The notes under the pieces were generated by a model. It saw nothing but the letters and a program-made list of their open reading frames with translations, was not told the DNA's origin and did no database searches. The position numbers and the translations under genes were made by a program. Below, one piece after another: positions 28,011-35,237 of a DNA stretch of 64,000 bases (positions are counted from its first letter, which is position 1; every line of letters begins with the position of its first letter). This DNA comes from a virus (lineage: Duplodnaviria > Caudoviricetes), in the IMG/VR virus record IMGVR_UViG_3300011577_000001; one strand, written 5' to 3'.

Positions 28011-28646
28011 TTATTCAGAACGACGGTTGCGTTGGCCGTACTCGATGCGAAGAACCGCGAACAGCTCAACCGAATTCTCGGCAGCAGATGAACGCGTTGG
28101 CATGCAACCCCATTTCTGGGTGTCAACTTGGATGTTGACGTGTTGCTTACCGTTGAGGCGATCCGCAAAGGTCTTCAAGCGAGTCTCAGTACGGTGTCCC
28201 GGTACTTCGACGACGTTGCTCTTGACGACCAACCCATCAGCAGTCTCCAGGTGAACGACTTCCACCGAGAAGATAGCATCAGGACCCTCCAACACGGCGC
28301 CGGTTTCACCAGCCAACGTGAAGAGGTTTTGTTCAACGCCGTTCAAAGGAACGCGCACGTCAACCTTGGCAACGTAATCCTCAGCATCAAGGACTACCCA
28401 GTCGTCGGCAAGGATGTCGGACTGAGAAGCAACCCACGGGACAAAATCACCGTTGTGCGCTTTCAGACCCAGCCAAGGTCGCAGAGTCGGTGCAGGGTCC
28501 TTACGAACGTTGAGACCAACGGTGCGAGCACCCACGTCATAATGGCCAGAGCCAACCATGACGACCCACATGCCTTTACCGTTCCAGCCTTCGCGTGTGG
28601 CGCGAGAGCCATGCTTCAAAGCCGTAAGGGCTTGACCGAACTCCAT
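28011..28646 (-). CDS. tad2: Tad2/DUF2829-like cyclic-nucleotide sponge fused to an unknown C-terminal domain
   Basis: Start moved to ATG 28646 (AGGAG SD) because the longer ORF runs into tRNA-Ser. MEFGQAL...REGWNGKGMW...PWVASQSDILADDW is the DUF2829/Tad2 signature. Confidence 0.8.
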   Translation of the reverse strand: MEFGQALTALKHGSRATREGWNGKGMWVVMVGSGHYDVGARTVGLNVRKDPAPTLRPWLGLKAHNGDFVPWVASQSDILADDWVVLDAEDYVAKVDVRVPLNGVEQNLFTLAGETGAVLEGPDAIFSVEVVHLETADGLVVKSNVVEVPGHRTETRLKTFADRLNGKQHVNIQVDTQKWGCMPTRSSAAENSVELFAVLRIEYGQRNRRSE

Positions 28647-28667
28647 GTGAAGCTCCTGTTGTGAATG

Positions 28668-28753
28668 TGGCGGTGGGCGAAGGATTCGAACCTTCGGGGC
28701 CGCAACCCTCTCCCTTAGCAAGGGAGTGCGATAGACCGCTCTGCCAGCCCACC
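28668..28753 (-). tRNA. tRNA-Ser(GCT)
   Basis: Anticodon loop TTGCTAA, long variable arm, GCCA end. Confidence 0.93.
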
Positions 28754-28776
28754 CATTTGAAAAGATGAAACGAAAT

Positions 28777-28853
28777 TGGCTGGGATAGTTGGGCTCGAAC
28801 CAACGACCTGGTGATTAACAGTCACCCGCTACTACCAACTGAGCTATATCCCA
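28777..28853 (-). tRNA. tRNA-Asn(GTT)
   Basis: Anticodon loop CTGTTAA, GCCA end. Confidence 0.94.
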
Positions 28854-29356
28854 TTATAACGAATACCAAGAGCTACCCGACGAACCGTGTCTTTACCGAT
28901 TTCAAACTCCCGAGCAATTGCTCGATAGCTCATGGTACCGACCAGTTCAAGGATAGCCTTGACTGACTCTTCATCAAGCGCAGCATGTGGGCTGTCAAAC
29001 CCTTTCTTGCCTTCATACAAACCTAAGGCTTGCGCATGATCAATATTACCTTGATGCGTTACCCACTCCAAGTTATCCCACCGGTTATTTGTCTTATCCG
29101 TGTCCTTATGGTTCACGAAGGGAAGATTCAACGGGTTAGGGACAAAAGCCTTGGCCACTTGTACATGAGCCCTTAAACAGAACGACTTACCTTTCCTTCC
29201 TCCTATCTTGGAGGCGTGAGTAAGATAGCCATTATGGTTGGGCGTCAGTGCCAAATCTTGGAACGTGCGAATGCTAAACAGTGTCCCGAAATTGCCGATC
29301 ATGAAGAGATCAGGGTAGTCAGGACATTCCGTGAAGACTTCAAATTCATACGACAT
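28844..29356 (-). mobile_element. Free-standing HNH homing endonuclease in the tRNA cluster
   Basis: VNHKDTDKTNNRWDNLEWVT...N HNH motif plus C-terminal HTH; own early promoter at 29381-29410. Confidence 0.88.
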
Positions 29357-29428
29357 GTACTACTCCAGTAAGTGTTACTTCCTGTAAGTAATATACATCT
29401 GAACTATTTTAGTCTCCTAGGAAGGAGA

Positions 29429-29505
29429 TGGCGCCTCCGAGGGAACTTGAACCGTCGACCCCCGGCGTGACAGGCCGGTGCTCTAACCAACTGAGCTACG
29501 GAAGC
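29429..29505 (-). tRNA. tRNA-Asp(GTC) with a disrupted T stem (possible pseudo-tRNA)
   Basis: Anticodon loop CTGTCAC and CCA end are normal, but T stem GACGG/TCCCT has two mismatches and two G-U pairs. Confidence 0.8.
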
Positions 29506-29699
29506 GAAAACGTCCTGAGGAAAATGGACTCTGCAATCACCCAGACTGTGCCTGTAGGTGCATCGCGTGTAGGCTCAAGGTTCATGTAGACAACCATGGG
29601 CCAAGAACAATCCTGAGCGTGTCGACCGACGTGTAGCACTCGGAAGCGCAACCCGCTAGGAGAGAGGTACTCTCGATCCTTCTCGACAAACTCTAACAT
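29496..29699 (-). CDS. Small DUF1653-like protein
   Basis: 67 aa with FRVLHVGRH, MVVY and VWV...F...F; GAGGA SD. Confidence 0.6.
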   Translation of the reverse strand: MLEFVEKDREYLSPSGLRFRVLHVGRHAQDCSWPMVVYMNLEPTRDAPTGTVWVIAESIFLRTFSLP

Positions 29700-29720
29700 T
29701 GTTCATTCCTCTAATTCGGC

Positions 29721-29950
29721 TCCGGCTTGCTTCCCACCGCTTCGGTGGTTCACTGTACAACTCACCTGTAAACCAGACGACCCGCCGGAGAGGTCTTTAA
29801 CTAACTACGTCAGCACACCTAAGGTTCCGAAGAAGGTAGGTACTTGATGTAGATCCACTGGAGTACTAGCTCTCGTCGACGTTGGCACTAACGAGATTGG
29901 GTGATCCTCCCGGCGGGGACATCCGCCGAGTTAATGCACAGTGAGCCGGA
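29721..29950. ncRNA. Putative ~230 nt structured ncRNA
   Basis: Closing pairing of TCCGGCT+TCACTGT with ACAGTGAGCCGGA; internal hairpins CTACGTCA/TGATGTAG, TCTCGT/ACGAGA and CGGCGG/CCGCCG. Confidence 0.6.
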
Positions 29951-29974
29951 TTTTCGTAACGCACAAAGGCAAAC

Positions 29975-30256
29975 GACACGGCATGGCAAAGGATCGTAAG
30001 GGTGGTCTCCCCGTAGTTCTCCCACGAGGTTAAGGGACCGCTGCGGCGCTATGCTAGATGCTTTTGTCCGCTGCGACAATCCAAGACCGTTGTTTGACAC
30101 GCCTCGCCTCATTGGGTTGGAATTCCCGAGACTTATTTTCCCTGACTGATGACGCTCTCAGCATCGACCGAGCGGGTTACTCCTTTCCAAGGGAGCACCT
30201 ATCTAAGTCTTACAAGGTAAAACCACCGTATCGCCAGCAAGGGTCGTCGCGGTGTT
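29975..30256. ncRNA. Putative ~280 nt structured ncRNA
   Basis: ORF-free, with nested pairings GACAC/GTGTT, GGTGGT/ACCACC and AGACTTA/TAAGTCT. Confidence 0.45.
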
Positions 30257-30261
30257 AAAAG

Positions 30262-30348
30262 TGGTGGTCGAAGGATGGAATTGAACCTCTAGCACAAGGC
30301 GGCGCGTTTACAGCGCGCTGACAGTAGCCATCTGTCTCTACAACGACC
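30262..30348 (-). tRNA. Atypical tRNA-Tyr(GTA)-like gene
   Basis: Anticodon arm GCGCG-CTGTAAA-CGCGC and ACCA end, but the acceptor has U-U mismatches, the D stem is 5 bp and the T stem is bulged. Confidence 0.65.
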
Positions 30349-30355
30349 GTGAAAC

Positions 30356-30486
30356 TGGTGCCCCGTTACTCTATTACGAGTGTCTGTTAGACTGACCCCG
30401 TGAGAGGGGAGTTTGGGTTTGACCGGCTCTACATTCCCACCCCGAAGGGTTCACAATGCGATCTCCGATGACCTCAGACCAGGACA
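30356..30486 (-). ncRNA. CCA-terminated non-tRNA stable-RNA candidate
   Basis: Acceptor-like stem GTCCTG/CGGGGC followed by ACCA, with CCC-TTCG-GGG and other hairpins; no D loop or TTCGA T loop. Confidence 0.6.
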
Positions 30487-30499
30487 TGAAACTAGAAGA

Positions 30500-30632
30500 T
30501 GGCCCCGCTACGTGGACTCGAACCACGGACCTCCCGCTGGCACGCGCATTCAAACGTCATCACTGCCGGAAGGGCTGCTAGCGACGTAACCGCATGTCTA
30601 ACGAGTGCTCTAACCAACTGAGCTATAGCCGG
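30500..30632 (-). ncRNA. tRNA-like RNA with a ~60 nt hairpin replacing the anticodon loop
   Basis: Canonical D arm (AGCTCAGTTGGTTAGAGCA), T arm (CGTGGTTCGAGTCCACG) and GCCA end. The anticodon stem continues through CATGCG/CGCGTG and ACGTCG/TGACGT. Confidence 0.75.
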
Positions 30633-30635
30633 GAT

Positions 30636-30872
30636 GTGAGAGAAGGCCGCTACCCCGATCTACGGGCCGTGATACTCTCGGGGACTCAGGCGAAAGGGAA
30701 CCAAAAGCCTAAGAACTGCGGTATGCAAGCGCAGTCGTCTATTACCCCAGAGTCGGGTCGCAATATCATTCGATGGTGTGTGGGGTCCGTCAAGTCTCCA
30801 CGTTCCCTCTCGGTGGCGAAACCAAGAGCGTGCTGGAACTTACCATTCAAACAAATCACGTCATTCTCTCAT
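30636..30872. ncRNA. Putative ~235 nt structured RNA at the upstream end of the tRNA cluster
   Basis: Closing helix GTGAGAGAA/TTCTCTCAT; internal ACTGCG/CGCAGT, AGGC/GCCT and GGGG/CCCC stems. Confidence 0.5.
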
Positions 30873-30950
30873 GATATCATTGAGCTATGTATTTTTTTAC
30901 TGCATTTGTAGGGACAAAAAAAAGAGGGCCCCGAAGAGCCCCGACTTTTA

Positions 30951-31349
30951 TTAAGGTATTTCAGGGAACCCAACGATCTTGAGGATCAGGTTCCGTTTGC
31001 GTCTGTACCAACCATCAGGCATCGCGGGTATTCCACGAGCTTCGGATTCTTTACGAATCTCTTCATCGGTCTTGAAGAGCAGGGGGACCGGGAAGTAGTG
31101 CCAGGCATTGGGTTGACCGTAACGCACCAAGGCGTGAGCAGCCTTGCGGCTCCACTCTTTCTCGGTGATACCTTTACGCAGTTCTTCTTTCAGTTGCTCT
31201 TGCAGTTCCTCAGGCGAGGACGGGTTGAGCAGACTGATGTAATGGGTGCTCTTCTTTTTGGATCGACGAGCAGCGTAGATAACGCCACCGAGTTCGTGGT
31301 GAACTTGGTTACCGTTACTGTAAGTGTGGGTGTAATATTCGCGAGTCAT
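30951..31349 (-). CDS. Early hypothetical protein
   Basis: 132 aa with early promoter at 31402-31432 (CATATTAC) and terminator at about 30915-30942. Confidence 0.7.
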   Translation of the reverse strand: MTREYYTHTYSNGNQVHHELGGVIYAARRSKKKSTHYISLLNPSSPEELQEQLKEELRKGITEKEWSRKAAHALVRYGQPNAWHYFPVPLLFKTDEEIRKESEARGIPAMPDGWYRRKRNLILKIVGFPEIP

Positions 31350-31483
31350 GATGAAGGTTACCTTCGAAGGCTATTAGGTTAGAGGTTTATCACCAACTAT
31401 TCACTCGGGTAATATGTATCTGAAAGTAGTTTGAATCGACCCGAATAGAATGAGTGGGTTTTCTTTATATGGGGAGTTCTTAA

Positions 31484-32101
31484 ATGAACCGGTTACAACA
31501 ATTGGTGGAGGAAGGAGAACTTTCCTATACCTACAGTCCTGAGGGCATAGACCTTCTGGATGCAGCAGGGGTTGAAGTACCCACCAAGGAGATCTTTGTT
31601 CTTCTGACTGATACCAAGACTCTCGTGAGTAAGGTCAGTCGGATGGTGACGGGTGATCCTTATAACCACGTTTCCTTAATGCTGTCCGATAACTTCGACG
31701 ACGGGATCTACACGTTCAGTCTGGGCAACGGGATCAATGGCATAAAAGGCGGGTTCATGGTGGAAGACCGTGCCAACCTTAAAGGCTCACGGTACTCCAT
31801 GTATCGCATGGCTGTCACACAGGCGGTATACGACAAGATCAAAGCGCGGGTGACAGACTACATCAATGGGGTGGAGAAAACCTCCTACAACCACCTAGGG
31901 TTGTTTAACGCGATCTTCAAGAAGAACATCTTCAAGTCAGAAGACGATCAGACATCCATCTGTTCGGAGTTCGTAGTCGAAGTCTTGAAGTTCTCCGGCG
32001 TAGAACTCTTTGCCAAAAGATTCTCCAGCTCTGTAAGGCCTTACGAGTTGATCAAGTCCAAGCTACTCAAGTTCCACAAACGCGGCGTCATAAAACCCTG
32101 A
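31484..32101 (+). CDS. Permuted papain-like NlpC/P60 (YiiX-like) enzyme
   Basis: YNHVSL (His) precedes SICSEFV (Cys), the permuted order; YN.LGL segment. Confidence 0.72.
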   Translation: MNRLQQLVEEGELSYTYSPEGIDLLDAAGVEVPTKEIFVLLTDTKTLVSKVSRMVTGDPYNHVSLMLSDNFDDGIYTFSLGNGINGIKGGFMVEDRANLKGSRYSMYRMAVTQAVYDKIKARVTDYINGVEKTSYNHLGLFNAIFKKNIFKSEDDQTSICSEFVVEVLKFSGVELFAKRFSSSVRPYELIKSKLLKFHKRGVIKP

Positions 32102-32135
32102 CTTTCCGACCTCACTTCGGTGGGGTCGGTTTATG

Positions 32136-33205
32136 ACGGCATAAAAGCTAGGCTCGAGGTTCCCTTAGGTCTGGCGCTACCAGATCCTGAAGAGTCCCTG
32201 CGGCTTCGCTTTTATGTTTCTTACTTTCAGATAACGACGTAAGTTCGACGAGTCTGGATTCAAGTCCGCATTGGTAGCAAGCCCAACGTCAGTCGACTAA
32301 CCCAAATCTGCCTCCCCGTATCGCCCCGGTATCACACAGACACCAATTCCTGAAACGGCTTTATTTGCTCGTCACTTCCAGCCCCACGATAGTTTAATAG
32401 ACCAGAAGCGCCCACCGGTACCGACAACCGGCGCTACTCCCATGTCTACATGCCTTCGCAGTAGAAAGCGCAAGGGTCCTGATTGTTGTTTGCCGGAACT
32501 CCCCTCTGTACCCGGCCACAAACTGATGACGAGCTGTCGCATCAGTCCATGAAGTACGAATACTCGTACCAGGCTAAGAATCCCCAACCAGAACCACATC
32601 TTCAACACATTCGTCACGGTGTTGCGCGTTGACCGTCGGATTCCCGATTCATCTAATTAGACTTTTGGTCTCCTATACCAGACACGTACCTCGAACGTAC
32701 GGTAGCGGCGACGCCGGTGCGAGACTCGGTCTCGCAGTCTTCTCATCGAACGCTGGCTCCCCCAAGAGCCAGAGCATCATGTCAACACGATCCCTCCAAA
32801 GATCACCAAGGGGAATCGTAGCCTCAGCAAACTGCCTTACTGTACCGCAAAACAGTCCAACTTGCTCGGCTGTGACATGATGCGGATTGTTGGAGCGCCA
32901 AAGTTGATCACCGTTTCCGATGAGCTGTACCTCGTGCCCCAACAACAACTGTCCAATCAACGAACCCAACCCGAGACAGCCCCCAACAATGAGAACTCTC
33001 AAATGGTCGTCCTTACTCAGCCCAAACCAATCCCCGAAGGACGATTAGCTACCATGTGGCGGCTAGGGTCGTACTTCTCTTGAGGATACGGCTCGGTCCA
33101 AGGCTTTCCTTGACAACAAACGCAATGGAACGGCGATGCAGGTGGTGTTGGCAGCATCACGATGGTGTCACATTTATCGCAAGCGTATTCCTGCATGTCG
33201 TTCTC
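32136..33205 (+). ncRNA. Putative ~1.07 kb ornate ncRNA convergent with phuZ
   Basis: No credible ORF. More than 10 helices, including the 11 bp GCATCATGTCA/TGACATGATGC; G-U pairs and C/A-rich loops favour the plus strand; TATG at 32132. Confidence 0.6.
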
Positions 33206-33208
33206 CTT

Positions 33209-34174
33209 TTACAAGACCAGGAAGTCGTTGGTGGTCTGGTCTTTCTCGGTCACGATTGCTTTGGCCGAAGCACGGCCTTCGCGACGCTCCACGAAACCTT
33301 CCACCGTACGGTTGAGGGTGTCGTAAGACTGACCCAGGAACTGGGTCGAGATCACGTAGTGCAGCTCGCTGACACCTTCGACCGGGGTCTGGAAGAAACC
33401 AGCGCAGGAGTATTCCGGCACCGGAGTTTGCAGTTGCGGTTGATCGCGGTCGGCGTACAGGCTGGCGATGGCGATCGGGTCCAGGATTTCCTTGACCTTC
33501 TCGGCGTCGCTGTAGATGTCCAGCAGGGCCAGTTGAGCTTCGACCGAAGTGGACTTGTTGAAGCGCAGCCAGTGCAGTACGTCCATGGTGTCCAGCTCGG
33601 CGTTCTGGCGAGAGGCCAGGTAGCGCAGGCAGGTGATGGCGAAGTGCAGTTGACCGTCGATGGTCGAACGGGTGGTGCCCTCGCCACTGTGGCGGTAGAA
33701 GGCAACGACCGGAACCTTGATACCGTTGGAGATCGCCGACAGCGACTTCAAGGTGTTCAGGCTGTTCTGCGCAGTGATAGTGGATTCGGCGGAACCCGCG
33801 CTGACCACGACCACGGCTTTGCCGCGCTCCAGGAGTTCGCGGACGATCAGCGGACCGATCACCGAACCCGAGCCACCCGAGGCGGAGAACACGACGATGT
33901 TGAAATCTTCTGGTGGCTGAGCCAGCAGGATTTGCTTGATGCTGTCTGCGATGGCCTGGTGGTTTTCGCGACGGACCTTACCGGAACCGTCGGTGCCTTC
34001 CAAGACGAAGATCGCTTCGGACGGGATCGAAGAATCCAGGTTGGAACGGCTGGTGTCTACGAAGGAGACCAGCGGGGTGGCGAAACCTGCGACGTCTTTC
34101 TGACCGAGGTAACGCTTGGCGATGTTGTTACCCAGACCGCCTGCGCCGTAAATACGAACTTTGCCCTGAGACAT
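33209..34174 (-). CDS. phuZ: Phage tubulin PhuZ
   Basis: GAGGLGNNI, GSGKVR, tubulin signature SGGSGSVIGP, ELDTMD and a C-terminal hydrophobic tail. Confidence 0.95.
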   Translation of the reverse strand: MSQGKVRIYGAGGLGNNIAKRYLGQKDVAGFATPLVSFVDTSRSNLDSSIPSEAIFVLEGTDGSGKVRRENHQAIADSIKQILLAQPPEDFNIVVFSASGGSGSVIGPLIVRELLERGKAVVVVSAGSAESTITAQNSLNTLKSLSAISNGIKVPVVAFYRHSGEGTTRSTIDGQLHFAITCLRYLASRQNAELDTMDVLHWLRFNKSTSVEAQLALLDIYSDAEKVKEILDPIAIASLYADRDQPQLQTPVPEYSCAGFFQTPVEGVSELHYVISTQFLGQSYDTLNRTVEGFVERREGRASAKAIVTEKDQTTNDFLVL

Positions 34175-34373
34175 GAATCTATTCCTTGCATGAAGTGACG
34201 GTTAAGTCGGTTGAACTTACTGCATAGTAATGTCGCGATTTCCAAGGCGACTGTTCAAACCAACTGAGAGCTGCATGTTCTCTCAATTCATATCACCACT
34301 AAATCTTTTTTTACGTAACCATAGGAAACGCCGGGCATTCTATGACCCATGGTTCAACTTTTCCGAGGTCATT

Positions 34374-35189
34374 ATGAACCCGATTCAAAAAGCAATCTCG
34401 GACGTGAAGATGGCCATCCCTCGGCCTATCCTGGAACGCACGTTCATGAAGCCGGACCCATACGCCATTGGAACCCGGTCATCTTTCAACCCAACTGCAC
34501 TGGATTTCCGTATCCGCACCCAAGTCATTGAAGGTAACGTTCTGCCTGACTGTAACTTGGTGGGTGGTACTGAGGTCACTATTCCTTTGGTCTCGGTGAT
34601 TCCTCAGTGGGTGTCTGACTACAATGTGGTCTACCGCATCCCGAAATCCTTGACGCAAAACCGCAGCATCCTGCGTCTGCTCCACTTAACCTTCGGTGAC
34701 GGTGGTGTGGTCGGCAGTATGAACTTGGCAATCCAAGGTCGTTCTGCTTTAATGGATGGTGCACAGGGCGTTCTCCAGTCCCACTTACCGATCCCTATTG
34801 TCTCCACGGCTAACCTTGAGTTGTTGGCGGAGAACGTGGTATTGGTCAAAGACAACATCACAATGCCTGGGAACCCGTTCCTGCGTTGTGTGGTGGAAGG
34901 CGACTCTGAACTGAACCACCTGCAACCAACGTCTTATAAAGCGTTCTCTAAGTTGGTAGTGTTGGCAACCAAAGCCTATATCTACAACAACATTGCTATT
35001 CCGATGGACCAAGCGGAACTGTCCGGCGGTATGGCTCTGGGGCGCTTCAAGGAAATCGTTGATGGCTACTCAGATGCTTACGAGCAGTACGAGCAGTACT
35101 TCGAAGAGACGTGGAAAAAGGTGAGTTTATTTAACGATCCAGAAGCCAACAAGCGACACCTCAAGCTGTTGACTGGCGGTCGTTATTGA
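34374..35189 (+). CDS. Conserved phiKZ-family virion-associated protein
   Basis: Start moved to ATG 34374 (GAGG SD, upstream TATG at 34341); CNLVGG and LATKAYIYN. Confidence 0.7.
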   Translation: MNPIQKAISDVKMAIPRPILERTFMKPDPYAIGTRSSFNPTALDFRIRTQVIEGNVLPDCNLVGGTEVTIPLVSVIPQWVSDYNVVYRIPKSLTQNRSILRLLHLTFGDGGVVGSMNLAIQGRSALMDGAQGVLQSHLPIPIVSTANLELLAENVVLVKDNITMPGNPFLRCVVEGDSELNHLQPTSYKAFSKLVVLATKAYIYNNIAIPMDQAELSGGMALGRFKEIVDGYSDAYEQYEQYFEETWKKVSLFNDPEANKRHLKLLTGGRY

Positions 35190-35237
35190 TCCATAGGAGC
35201 AAAAAAAGAAGGGGTGCGAGCCCCTTCTTTATGCCGA

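Noticed and set aside
28647-28721. N-terminal extension of the Tad2-like ORF in the ORF track
   Set aside because: It runs into tRNA-Ser(GCT); a good SD precedes ATG 28646.
30140-30170. CTGATGA hammerhead-like core (also at about 32523)
   Set aside because: No correctly placed GAAA or stem II/III arrangement follows; at 32523 the motif is buried in a hairpin.
32372-33083. ORFs of 73-109 aa inside the 1 kb structured region
   Set aside because: Non-ATG starts, no SD, and composition explained by the paired, C/A-rich sequence.
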